A program made the translations under genes and the position numbers. Positions 19,746 through 28,737 of a stretch of DNA of 64,000 nucleotides are shown here, in pieces; the first letter of the stretch is position 1, and each line of letters begins with the position of its first letter. This DNA comes from an uncultured Alphaproteobacteria bacterium. GTDB taxonomy: Bacteria; Pseudomonadota; Alphaproteobacteria; HIMB59; GCA-002718135. Location of the stretch: contig CACFVT010000002.1 of assembly GCA_902569865.1 (NCBI GenBank), positions 4,638 to 68,637 of the forward strand, in the 5' to 3' direction. Below the pieces are notes generated by a model. The model ran no database searches, had not been told where the DNA came from, and was given only the letters and a program-made list of their open reading frames with translations.

Positions 19746-21127
19746 ATCATATTTTTTGGATTAACGATCTTATCAAATTCTTTTTCACTTACTAGATTTA
19801 ATTTTATAGCAGCTTCTTTTAAGGTTAAATTTTCATCAAATGCTTTTTTAGCAATTTTTGCAGCATTATCATATCCAATATACTTATTTAGTGCTGTTAC
19901 AAGCATAAGCGAATTTTTTAAATGTTTATTAATATTATTTTTATTAATTGTAATATTTTTTAGACAATTTTTACTAAAACTATTTATTCCATCAGAAAGT
20001 AAATTTATTGAGTTTATTACATTAAAAACAATTAAAGGTTTAAAAGTATTTAATTCAAAATGACCTTGTGACCCTCCTTGATTAATTGCTAAACAGTTTC
20101 CCATAACTTGACAACAAACCATACTAAGAGCCTCAATTTGCGTTGGATTTACCTTTCCTGGCATTATAGATGAGCCAGGTTCATTAACTGGAATATTTAT
20201 TTCGCCCAAGCCTGATCTTGGACCAGAAGATAAAAATCTAAGGTCATTAAGAATTTTAAACAATGAAATAGATAAGGTGTTTAGAGAATTAGAGAAATTT
20301 ACTAAAGAATCATGATTAGCGATAGCTTCAAATTTATTTTTAGCTGGTTTATATTTATTTATGGTTAATTTATTTAAAAATTTACAAAAAATTCTATCAA
20401 AATTTTTTGGGGCATTAATACCAGATCCAACAGCGGTACCCCCTTGTGCTAAATAATTAAGTTCTTTTTTTGCTATGATTAATCTTTCATAGTTATTTTG
20501 AATTTGCTGCAGGTATCCTGAAAATTCATCTCCCATAGTTAAAGGTGTAGCATCTTGTGTATGTGTACGTCCAATTTTGATAGTTTTTGAATATAGTTTT
20601 GTTTTAACTTTTAATTCTTTTATTAAATTTTTTATTGCTGGAAGTAATTTACTATCAGTTAATTCATTTGTTGCTATATGCATTATAGTTGGAAAGGTAT
20701 CATTAGATGATTGGGATAAATTTACATGATCATTTGGATGAATTGGGAATTTTGATCCAATTTTTCCATTTAAAATCTTAATTGCATAATTACTTATAAC
20801 TTCGTTTGCATTCATATTTGTTTGAGTACCAGAACCTGTTTGCCAGACTGATAATGGAAATTCATCAATAAGATTTAAATTAATAACCTGATCACAGGCC
20901 TTAATTATAGCACTAGATAATTTTTTGCTTAATAAGCCTAGATTATGGTTTGCCAAGACTGCCGCTTTTTTTTGCTGACCTAATGCTACTATAATTTCTT
21001 GGGGCATTTTGTCATTGCCAATTTTAAAATTCTCTAAAGATCGTTGTGTTTGAGCACCCCATAATTTTTGGGAATCTATTTTTTTAATTCCTAAAGTATC
21101 AAATTCTGTTCTTTTTTTATTTGGCAT
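19742..21127 (-). CDS. fumC: Fumarate hydratase, class II
   Basis: Contains the GSSIMPGKVNPTQ signature and WQTGSGTQTNMN. Its stop is convergent with, and overlaps, the lpxC stop. Confidence 0.9.
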   Translation of the reverse strand: MPNKKRTEFDTLGIKKIDSQKLWGAQTQRSLENFKIGNDKMPQEIIVALGQQKKAAVLANHNLGLLSKKLSSAIIKACDQVINLNLIDEFPLSVWQTGSGTQTNMNANEVISNYAIKILNGKIGSKFPIHPNDHVNLSQSSNDTFPTIMHIATNELTDSKLLPAIKNLIKELKVKTKLYSKTIKIGRTHTQDATPLTMGDEFSGYLQQIQNNYERLIIAKKELNYLAQGGTAVGSGINAPKNFDRIFCKFLNKLTINKYKPAKNKFEAIANHDSLVNFSNSLNTLSISLFKILNDLRFLSSGPRSGLGEINIPVNEPGSSIMPGKVNPTQIEALSMVCCQVMGNCLAINQGGSQGHFELNTFKPLIVFNVINSINLLSDGINSFSKNCLKNITINKNNINKHLKNSLMLVTALNKYIGYDNAAKIAKKAFDENLTLKEAAIKLNLVSEKEFDKIVNPKNMI

Positions 21128-21184
21128 TGTTTGTTAATAGAGCATTTATCTATAACATAAACTAACAATTGAAATAAATATATT

Positions 21185-21814
21185 ATGAACAAACTTATTT
21201 TACTGCGCCATGGTCAAAGCCAATGGAATCTTGAAAATAAATTTACTGGATGGCAAAACGTTCCACTGACTAAAAAAGGTGAGTTAGAAGCAAAAAAAGC
21301 TGGTGAATTGATAAAAAAGAACAAAATTCATATAGATTATGTATTTAGTAGTGTTTTAGAGAGGGCAAACAAAACAGCTGAAATTGCATTAAAAGAGGCT
21401 GATCTTAAAAATTTATGGGATAATGATAAATTATTGATGACTCGAGATGAAAATTTAAATGAGAGGGATTATGGAGATCTAGTTGGTTTAAATAAACAAC
21501 AAACTGCTGAAAAATTTGGGAAGGAACAAGTACATATTTGGAGAAGATCATTTGATACGCCCCCTCCAAATGGTGAAAGTTTAAAAAATGTTGTTGATAG
21601 AGTTTCTCCTTATTATAAAGAAAAAATTAAACCTCTTTTAGACAAAAATAAAAATATACTAATTGCAGCTCATGGTAACTCTTTAAGAGCTATGATGATT
21701 GAGCTTGAAATATATAAACCAGAGGAAATTTCTTCTATTGAACTACCCACAGGTTCACCGCTTTGTATTCAATTAAATAAAGGAAAATTAGTTGATTTTT
21801 TTTATCTCGATTAA
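21185..21814 (+). CDS. gpmA: 2,3-bisphosphoglycerate-dependent phosphoglycerate mutase
   Basis: Contains LILLRHGQSQWN (catalytic His) and AAHGNSLRA. Confidence 0.9.
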   Translation: MNKLILLRHGQSQWNLENKFTGWQNVPLTKKGELEAKKAGELIKKNKIHIDYVFSSVLERANKTAEIALKEADLKNLWDNDKLLMTRDENLNERDYGDLVGLNKQQTAEKFGKEQVHIWRRSFDTPPPNGESLKNVVDRVSPYYKEKIKPLLDKNKNILIAAHGNSLRAMMIELEIYKPEEISSIELPTGSPLCIQLNKGKLVDFFYLD

Positions 21815-22272
21815 TTTTTTTTAAAATTAGAAAAATTAATAACATTTGAAACATGATGATTTTTTTGATTATTTTCTAGATCTTTATTTTTCTTTTTTTC
21901 TATTTCTTTTTTTATCTCTTCATCAGATTTATTAAATTGGTAATTAAGTCCAAAATTAGCTGATGGATCAGCAAATGAAGTTATGGAGTCAAAAGATATT
22001 TTTAAATCAGATTTTTTATTATTAAATGAGAGTCCAACACTAAAGTCATTTTTATTAACTGATAGATGATAATATTCATGTTGAATAACAATAGTCATTT
22101 CATACGGATATTTTTGTAAAAGCCAATTTGGAACTATGTTTTTTGGATTATTTGTTTTAAACGATATATAAAGATGATTGTTTCCATCTAATCCATTTTT
22201 TTCGATTTCCTTTAAAATATCTATAAAAACATTTAATAAATTTTTGTTTAAAATTTTTTGATAGTAAGTCAT
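21811..22272 (-). CDS. sspB: ClpXP adaptor SspB-like protein (alphaproteobacterial type)
   Basis: The pattern HLYISFKT...YPYEMTIVIQHEYYHLSV..DFSVGLSF...FADPSANFGL fits my recollection of alpha-type SspB (HhFYItFrT...YPeEMTIVLQHqFwdL). Called from memory only. Confidence 0.65.
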   Translation of the reverse strand: MTYYQKILNKNLLNVFIDILKEIEKNGLDGNNHLYISFKTNNPKNIVPNWLLQKYPYEMTIVIQHEYYHLSVNKNDFSVGLSFNNKKSDLKISFDSITSFADPSANFGLNYQFNKSDEEIKKEIEKKKNKDLENNQKNHHVSNVINFSNFKKN

Positions 22273-22373
22273 ATTAATATTTGTATATAATTAGATTAAA
22301 TCTTACTGAGCAGTAAATATAATTTCAATATATATTTGTTTATAAATTAATATAAATTATATAAAAAAATTTA

Positions 22374-24818
22374 ATGAAAAATAGTATACCTAATTCTTGT
22401 AAAGTTGTAGTAATTGGAGGCGGAGTGGCAGGTTGTTCAACCGCATACCATTTGGCAAAATTTGGCTGGAAAGATACAGTATTGCTAGAAAGAGATGTTC
22501 TTACATCTGGAACTACTTGGCATGCAGCTGGATTAATTGGTCAACTTGGATCAAGCGCTACAATTACAAAGCTCAGAAATTATTCATTAAATTTATACAA
22601 ACAGCTTGAAAAAGAAACCGGGATATCAACTGGGTTAAAGCAAAATGGATCTCTTACAGTTGCCACTACTTCAGATAGACTTGAAGAACTAAAGAGACAG
22701 GTTACTTTTGCTCAACGCTTCGATATTGAAGCAAAAGAAGTTAATAAAGAAGAGATAAAAGAAATTTATCCATTAATAAATGTTGATGATATTGTTGGGG
22801 GTGTTTTTATTGCAAGAGATGGGCAAGCAGACCCAGTAGGAGTTGCAAATATTTTAGCTAAAGCTGCAAGACAAAATGGTGCTCAGATTATTGAGAAATG
22901 TCCTGTTAAAAAGATATTAAAAAAAGATAATAAAATTGTTGGCGTTGAAACTAGTAAAGGAAAAATTGAATGTGAGTATGTTGTTCTTGCAACAGGTATG
23001 TGGTCAAGACAAATAGCACAAAACATTGATGTAAGTATTCCTTTATATCCAGATGAACATTTTTATGTATTGAGTGAACCAATTAAAGAAATAGATAAAT
23101 CCTTGCCAGTTCTTAGAGATTATAACAATTGTTTATATTTAAAGGAAGATGCTGGTAAATTATTAGTTGGTGTGTTTGAACCAAATGCAAAGCCAGCTTT
23201 TACAAACAACTTTAGAGTTCCAGAAGATTTTTCTTTTGGTCAGTTGCCTGAAGATTTTGATCATTTTGAACCTTATTTAATTAATGCTATGAATCGAATC
23301 CCAAGTCTTGAAAAATCAGGAATAAGAAAATTTTTTAATGGCCCAGAGTCATTTACTCCCGACACAAATTATTTACTGGGCGAAACTCCTGAAGTTAAAA
23401 ATTTATACATGTGTGGAGGTTTCAATAGTATTGGAATAGTAAGTGCAGGTGGCGCAGGCAAGATTACTGCAGAATGGATGATTAATGATGAAATATATGA
23501 AGATGTTTTCTCTTTAGATATTTCTAGATTTGAAAAATTTCATTCAGATTTAGAATTTATAACTGAAAGAGTAACAGAAACTCTCGGTAATTTGTATGCA
23601 ATGCATTGGCCATATAAACAACATACTACTTCAAGAAATGTAAAGTTATTGCCTTATCATAATTACTTAAAAGCCAAAGGCGCATGTTTTGGTCAGTCTG
23701 GAGCATATGAAAGACCAATGTGGTATGCTTTAAATGGCAAAGATAGTGATTATAAATACAGCTATGAATACCAGAATTGGTATGACTCAGCAAAAATTGA
23801 AACCATAAATGCAAGAGAAAATGCTGCACTATTTGAGTTATCTCCATTTGCAAAGTTTGAACTAAGTGGAGAAAAAACTCATTCTTCTCTACAATATATT
23901 TGTGCAAATAATATTAAAAATGAAATAGGTTCCATAACATATACTCAAATGCTTAATACAAAAGGTGGAATTGAAGCTGATTTAACTGTAACTTGTGTAG
24001 ACAAAAATAAATTTAGAATTGTTACAGGATCAGTTGTTAGAACACATGATAAAAAACATATATTAAAACACTTAAATAAATCTATTAAATTTCAAGATAT
24101 AACTGAAAAATTTGCATGCCTTGGAATATTTGGTCCTAAAAGTAGAGATTTAGTTTCAAAATTATTTGGCAAATTTTTTTCTAATAATGATTTTAAATTT
24201 GGTACTGGAAAAAATATTATTTTTAATGATATTGAAATGTGGTTTCAAAGAATATCTTATGTTGGGGAATTAGGTTGGGAGATTTACATTCCAATTGAAA
24301 AATCAAAAAAAATTTATGAATTAATAGTAAGTGTGGAAAAAGAATTTGATTTAGTTCATGCTGGAGCTCACTCTATGGATATTATGAGGATGGAAAAGGG
24401 TTATTTGCATTGGGGTCATGATATTTCACCAGCAGAAAACCCTTTTGAAGCTAAACTTGGATTTGCAGTTAGGCTAAATAAAAAAGAAAATTTTATTGGT
24501 AAAGATTATTTAATAAACGAAGAAAACTTAACAAAAAAAATATTAATAATGTGTACAATAAATGATTCTAAACCTGGGAAACCACTAGTATTGCATGATG
24601 AGCCGATTTTTTATGATAATAAAATCGTAGGAGAAAGTACTTCAGGGAATTATTCATTTAAATATGATAAAAACTTGGTATTTGGTTATGTTACAACAAA
24701 AATAGATCTAGAAAACAATACTGGAAAGTTAGAAATTGAGATAGCAAAAAAAAGATATAAGTTAAGTTTATTAAACAAACCTTTACACGACCCATTAAAT
24801 CATTTTACAAAAATTTGA
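22374..24818 (+). CDS. Dimethylglycine/sarcosine dehydrogenase-family protein (FAD oxidoreductase fused to a GcvT-like folate-binding domain)
   Basis: The N-terminus has VVIGGGVAGCSTAYHL and TSGTTWHAAGL (the covalent-FAD His context). The C-terminal about 400 aa is aminomethyltransferase-like (RISYVGELGWEIY). Confidence 0.8.
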   Translation: MKNSIPNSCKVVVIGGGVAGCSTAYHLAKFGWKDTVLLERDVLTSGTTWHAAGLIGQLGSSATITKLRNYSLNLYKQLEKETGISTGLKQNGSLTVATTSDRLEELKRQVTFAQRFDIEAKEVNKEEIKEIYPLINVDDIVGGVFIARDGQADPVGVANILAKAARQNGAQIIEKCPVKKILKKDNKIVGVETSKGKIECEYVVLATGMWSRQIAQNIDVSIPLYPDEHFYVLSEPIKEIDKSLPVLRDYNNCLYLKEDAGKLLVGVFEPNAKPAFTNNFRVPEDFSFGQLPEDFDHFEPYLINAMNRIPSLEKSGIRKFFNGPESFTPDTNYLLGETPEVKNLYMCGGFNSIGIVSAGGAGKITAEWMINDEIYEDVFSLDISRFEKFHSDLEFITERVTETLGNLYAMHWPYKQHTTSRNVKLLPYHNYLKAKGACFGQSGAYERPMWYALNGKDSDYKYSYEYQNWYDSAKIETINARENAALFELSPFAKFELSGEKTHSSLQYICANNIKNEIGSITYTQMLNTKGGIEADLTVTCVDKNKFRIVTGSVVRTHDKKHILKHLNKSIKFQDITEKFACLGIFGPKSRDLVSKLFGKFFSNNDFKFGTGKNIIFNDIEMWFQRISYVGELGWEIYIPIEKSKKIYELIVSVEKEFDLVHAGAHSMDIMRMEKGYLHWGHDISPAENPFEAKLGFAVRLNKKENFIGKDYLINEENLTKKILIMCTINDSKPGKPLVLHDEPIFYDNKIVGESTSGNYSFKYDKNLVFGYVTTKIDLENNTGKLEIEIAKKRYKLSLLNKPLHDPLNHFTKI

Positions 24819-24824
24819 TAAAAA

Positions 24825-25424
24825 ATGTTGGAAAACTTTTATTTATATATTAATTTTATTAATCAAAACTTAGAAAATAATTATTTAATTTTTTTTTTCA
24901 TTTATTTTTTTTCTTTAATTGCTTTTTTTAGCTTTTCTCTGCCTGGAGGTCCAATACTTTTAATTACAACTGGATTTTTTTTTGGTTTTTATATTGGATT
25001 TATAATAAATATTTTTTCAATTGTAATTGGAAGTTATTTTTTTGTATATTGTTCTAAGAATTTTTTCAAAAATTTTTTCAATAAATTGTATTTAAAATTT
25101 TCAAATAAATTAAATAAATTAATTAATAGCTCTAGTTATGAATATCTTATAATTTTTAGATTAATACAAGGAAATCCTCTTTTTATTCAAAATTTATGTT
25201 TATCATTTCTAAATATTTCTAGAACAAAATTTATATTCACTTCTTTTGTTGGTTTTACTCCAGTAATTATTATATTTACTTATTTTGGCAGCAAACTTTT
25301 GGAAATTTATGAAATAAAAAATATCAAATATAATGATATATTTTCAAAAGAATTTATTTTAATTATAATAATATTTATTTTATTTTTAATATTTAGGATA
25401 ATTTACAATTATAAAAGAAAATGA
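24825..25424 (+). CDS. TVP38/TMEM64 (DedA-superfamily) membrane protein
   Basis: A 199-aa polytopic protein with LPGGPILLITTGFFFG and RLIQGNP-type motifs. Confidence 0.5.
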   Translation: MLENFYLYINFINQNLENNYLIFFFIYFFSLIAFFSFSLPGGPILLITTGFFFGFYIGFIINIFSIVIGSYFFVYCSKNFFKNFFNKLYLKFSNKLNKLINSSSYEYLIIFRLIQGNPLFIQNLCLSFLNISRTKFIFTSFVGFTPVIIIFTYFGSKLLEIYEIKNIKYNDIFSKEFILIIIIFILFLIFRIIYNYKRK

Positions 25425-25447
25425 TTAATTAGTGATAAGTTTAATAA

Positions 25448-25924
25448 ATGAAAAATTTTGTTAATTTAAAAGGTAGTTGTGGTTGTAAAAAAGTTAACTA
25501 TGAAATTAAGGACAAACCTTTAATTACACAAGCATGTCATTGTAAAGACTGTAAGAAATCAACAGGATCTTCTTTTGTAATTCACACAATGGTATTTGAA
25601 GATGATTTCAGCATTATCGGAGATATTTCTTCGACTGAACTTCCAACAGGCAGCGGTAAAGGTTACAGAGCATATTTTTGTGTAAATTGTGGAGTTTACA
25701 TATATTGCCAATACAATATTTCAAAAGGAAAAGGAGGAAGGGTTGCCGTTAGAACTGCCACTTTAGATAATCCCATTACACCAGAGGCACATATTTTTGT
25801 TAAAGACAAAGATCCCTGGATAGATATAGTGAACAAAGAAATTTGTTTTGAGAAAATGTATGATAGAGAAAATACTTGGTCAGAAGAAAGCCTTATAAGA
25901 TTAGAAAACAAAACACATTCTTAA
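25448..25924 (+). CDS. GFA-family (glutathione-dependent formaldehyde-activating / CENP-V-like) zinc protein
   Basis: Has the CGC....CHCKDCKKSTGSSF...FCVNCG cysteine pattern. Confidence 0.7.
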   Translation: MKNFVNLKGSCGCKKVNYEIKDKPLITQACHCKDCKKSTGSSFVIHTMVFEDDFSIIGDISSTELPTGSGKGYRAYFCVNCGVYIYCQYNISKGKGGRVAVRTATLDNPITPEAHIFVKDKDPWIDIVNKEICFEKMYDRENTWSEESLIRLENKTHS

Positions 25925-25972
25925 TCTTTAATTATTAAATTATCTGGCTTTTTTTGCTTGGTTCTTCAACAT

Positions 25973-26380
25973 TTATTTTAGACTTTCTATATAGGATAAA
26001 AAATTATTAATTTCTACAAATTCACAAAGGCCAATTGGAAACATTTCTCTAGTTGTAAATCCTCCTCCAGTCATTGCCCAAACATCAACTCTCAAAGAAT
26101 TAAGTTCAATAGAATAAACTCTATCTCTTATGTTATTTTCACTTAAGAATATATTAATGTAAGAAAGTTCTGAATCTACATCATAGTAATATTCATTAAT
26201 TGTTGTTATTTTGTTAAGATCTGTATTAATGACTTTTACCTTATTGGGGGAAATAAATTCAAATCCCCATAGTAACTTGGGACACAATAATTGATTATTG
26301 GAAAAATCTTTTTTTGTAAAAGCTATAGATGATGATGAATAAAAAATTAAAAATATAAAAATAAATAATTTTTTTTTCAT
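25973..26380 (-). CDS. Hypothetical secreted protein (135 aa)
   Basis: Clear signal peptide MKKKLFIFIFLIFYSSSSIA. No recognisable domain. Confidence 0.5.
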   Translation of the reverse strand: MKKKLFIFIFLIFYSSSSIAFTKKDFSNNQLLCPKLLWGFEFISPNKVKVINTDLNKITTINEYYYDVDSELSYINIFLSENNIRDRVYSIELNSLRVDVWAMTGGGFTTREMFPIGLCEFVEINNFLSYIESLK

Positions 26381-26453
26381 AAAAAAAGTTAGTTCTGTTT
26401 ATTTTTGTGCCAAAACTTTAAATTAAAATAAAATTATTTTTAATAAATAAAAA

Positions 26454-26813
26454 TTATTTTATTTTTTCCCATTCAGCCATACCTCCAGTAATATTTTTAA
26501 CATTTTTAATACCCATGTCTTGCATTGTTTTAGTTGCCAACGTACCTTGTCCTCCTACACCACAAAATACAATATACTCTTTGTCTGGGTTTTTTTTGAA
26601 AAAATCATTTTCTAAAGGACTTCCTTCAGCTAAATAAAATTCAAGGAATGCTTTATCCAAATGAATGGCATTTCCAATAGTCTCTTTAGAAAAACTTTCT
26701 TTATCCCTAACATCAATAAATTGTACATTTGGATCATTTAATTTATCTTTTGCTTCTGAAGCATTTATATTTTTTATCTCATTTTTAACACTCATTAAGT
26801 CTTCAAATTTTTT
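26454..26813 (-). CDS. Rhodanese-domain sulfurtransferase (single domain)
   Basis: Contains FIDVRD...YIVFCGVGGQGTLATK (active-site Cys loop)...GGMAEW. Start set at MKKFEDL (26813), which is preceded by an AGGAG. The longer ORF to 26906 runs into the ssrA-like repeat. Confidence 0.75.
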   Translation of the reverse strand, partial: KKFEDLMSVKNEIKNINASEAKDKLNDPNVQFIDVRDKESFSKETIGNAIHLDKAFLEFYLAEGSPLENDFFKKNPDKEYIVFCGVGGQGTLATKTMQDMGIKNVKNITGGMAEWEKIK

Positions 26814-26834
26814 CATAATACTCCTATCTTTATA

Positions 26835-26905
26835 ATGGGGTGTTCTGTTGCCCAGTGCGTGAACCAAACTAACAGAAATCTTGACTTTTTTAAATCTAAA
26901 ATTCA
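26835..26905 (-). repeat. ssrA 3'-end-like repeat, copy 1 (24-nt core plus about 45-nt arm shared with copy 2)
   Basis: The core ATGGGGTGTTCTGTTGCCCAGTGC matches 28738-28761 at 22 of 24 positions. The extension GTGAACCAAACTAACAGAAATCTTGACTTTTTTA is about 85% identical to the one after copy 2. Confidence 0.75.
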
Positions 26906-26974
26906 AAAAAGATGAGGAAATTAAAATTGTGAAATTTTAACATAAAATACTAAATTGGTGGTAATATTATTTAG

Positions 26975-27559
26975 ATGAAAAAACTTTCAGTGATCGTGGT
27001 TCTGGGTTTGATGTGGATTATTCCAGTATCAGCAAATGAAAGATTTATTCCTTTAGAGCTATTCACTGGCGGTGAAATAAGAGAAGATACAGAAATTAAA
27101 TTTACAAAAGCAAACAAAATATTTGGTGAAAAGAAAAGAAAAAAAATTGTTGGACCTGAGGATTGGAAAAACCCTCAAACTGGAGAAATAAAAAAAGTTT
27201 ATAAAAGAACAAGAGAAGGTCAAAGTGGATTAAAAACACAGTTATTTACAGTTACTAATGATGGACAGTGTATTGGAAGAGTTTGGGATAGCAGGCGCGG
27301 AGGAAGAGTAATAGAAAATGGATGTAAATTTCCTTTAGGGGTTTGGAAAGAAGGTGAGACTAGATCATTTAAAGGTTCTTCTGGCGGTAAGCCAAGAAAA
27401 ATTAAATTAACAATTTTAAAATTAGGAAAAAAACCTAAAAGTAGTATTAAATTTAATTGGAAATTATACAATTTAAGTTCAGGTGAATTGATGGATGACA
27501 ATGATTATACTTTTTCTCCTGGTAAGGCTATGACAAAGCTGAATGATAAAAAATTATAA
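26975..27559 (+). CDS. Hypothetical secreted basic protein (194 aa)
   Basis: Signal peptide MKKLSVIVVLGLMWIIPVSA and K/R/G-rich composition. No recognisable domain. Its stop lies 2 nt before repeat copy 2. Confidence 0.5.
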   Translation: MKKLSVIVVLGLMWIIPVSANERFIPLELFTGGEIREDTEIKFTKANKIFGEKKRKKIVGPEDWKNPQTGEIKKVYKRTREGQSGLKTQLFTVTNDGQCIGRVWDSRRGGRVIENGCKFPLGVWKEGETRSFKGSSGGKPRKIKLTILKLGKKPKSSIKFNWKLYNLSSGELMDDNDYTFSPGKAMTKLNDKKL

Positions 27560-27561
27560 AA

Positions 27562-27632
27562 ATGGGGCGTTCTGTTGCTCGGTGCGTGAACCAATCTAGC
27601 AGAAAACTTGGATTTTTTATATCATAAATTTT
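27562..27632 (-). repeat. ssrA 3'-end-like repeat, copy 2
   Basis: The core ATGGGGCGTTCTGTTGCTCGGTGC matches 28738-28761 at 23 of 24 positions and is followed by the arm shared with copy 1. Confidence 0.75.
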
Positions 27633-27649
27633 AATTTTTTTGATCTCTT

Positions 27650-27669
27650 TACGACGAGATTACGACGAG
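27650..27669 (+). repeat. Bipartite direct repeat TACGACGAG-AT-TACGACGAG (left copy)
   Basis: Direct repeat of 28665-28685, located 12 nt beyond the stop of the 309-aa gene. Confidence 0.6.
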
Positions 27670-27680
27670 TTTTATAATAT

Positions 27681-28610
27681 TTACCATGCTTGAAAATCAT
27701 AAGCTATTTCTTTATCTTTAAGAAATTGTGTAAACCTTGCTAAGCACATTTGTTCGTCAAAATTTTTTAAAACTAATAATAATTTTTCAAAATTATAATC
27801 TTTTAAATCTTCTTTTTTTATCGTAACTATACTTTCACAATCATCATTTCCATTTATATTTAAATTATCTCCCATACGCCATTCTCGATAAATAATAACA
27901 TCTTCTTTCTCTTCTAAAGTTTCTTCCCATTGTAATTTTTCGTTAGATCCTTCATTTATGATTTCTTCTTTTAAACTAGAAAAGTTTTTGATTTTCTGAG
28001 AGTTCCGATTCTTCTTCTTAGCCAATTCTTGCAAACGGTTTTCAAGGTGATTTGCTAGACTTTTTTCTGATAGAAATCCCTCCCTCCTTTTCAACGAGTA
28101 TGGGTTTTGCTCGTCTAGAAATTCTTCTTTCCTTTCCTTATTTTTGCGCTTTTTGCGCATGGAAATATATTCTTCTCTATCCATACCTGAATTTTTAGAC
28201 ACTAATCCGGTAGAAGGCATATTATTATTTAAAAATTCTTTTGCTTCTTTTACACCATCTTTTATTCCTATTTCACATTGCTCATATTTTTTACTAATAA
28301 TTATATCAAATATTGGATCAATACTCGTATTGCTCATTTCCAATTCAAAAAATTTAGAAAAGCAGTAATAGTTAATTAATTGTTTTGTATCTGATTCAAA
28401 TTTAAAATTATTTTTTATTTCTTGATGAATTGTCGCTGAAATTACAAAACCCCATACATAACCGTAAAAATAATTATTTCTTAATACTTCCAAATTATTA
28501 TTCTCAAATTGTAATATTAAAATTTTTTGCGTATTTAAAATTTGAAATAGTGATTCTGCAAAATCAACATATTCTTTTTTATTACTACTCATAAAATCGT
28601 CTAAACTCAT
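27681..28610 (-). CDS. Hypothetical protein (309 aa), orphan
   Basis: Long ORF with an aromatic-rich N-terminal region (YFYGYVWGFVISATIHQ), a K/R/E-rich central segment and a small C-terminal domain. I recognise no family. Confidence 0.55.
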   Translation of the reverse strand: MSLDDFMSSNKKEYVDFAESLFQILNTQKILILQFENNNLEVLRNNYFYGYVWGFVISATIHQEIKNNFKFESDTKQLINYYCFSKFFELEMSNTSIDPIFDIIISKKYEQCEIGIKDGVKEAKEFLNNNMPSTGLVSKNSGMDREEYISMRKKRKNKERKEEFLDEQNPYSLKRREGFLSEKSLANHLENRLQELAKKKNRNSQKIKNFSSLKEEIINEGSNEKLQWEETLEEKEDVIIYREWRMGDNLNINGNDDCESIVTIKKEDLKDYNFEKLLLVLKNFDEQMCLARFTQFLKDKEIAYDFQAW

Positions 28611-28664
28611 AATACTCTAAATATACCCTTCGTCTTTCAAAACGTATACAAATATACTTCTTCA

Positions 28665-28685
28665 TACGACGATATTACGACTAAG
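28665..28685 (+). repeat. Bipartite direct repeat TACGACGAT-AT-TACGACTAAG (right copy)
   Basis: Identical to 27650-27669 across the 17-nt block TACGACGAKATTACGAC except at K. Located about 55 nt upstream of the 309-aa gene start. Confidence 0.6.
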
Positions 28686-28737
28686 TTATTTGTTATTTGA
28701 AAAAATATAGAAATTTACTTGAAAATTTTTAATATTA

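Noticed and set aside
26392-26416. Possible fourth, decayed copy of the ssrA core (GTTCTGTTtatttttGTGCCaaaAC) between the 135-aa orphan and the rhodanese gene
   Set aside because: Only about 17 scattered matches, with a length difference. A match like this could arise by chance in 64 kb of AT-rich DNA. It is worth re-testing with a proper alignment but is not claimed.
26814-26906. N-terminal 31-aa extension of the rhodanese ORF (MNFRFKKVKISVSLVHALGNRTPHYKDRSI)
   Set aside because: The extension is the translation of ssrA-like repeat copy 1. The internal start MKKFEDL has an AGGAG Shine-Dalgarno sequence and gives a normal single-domain rhodanese.
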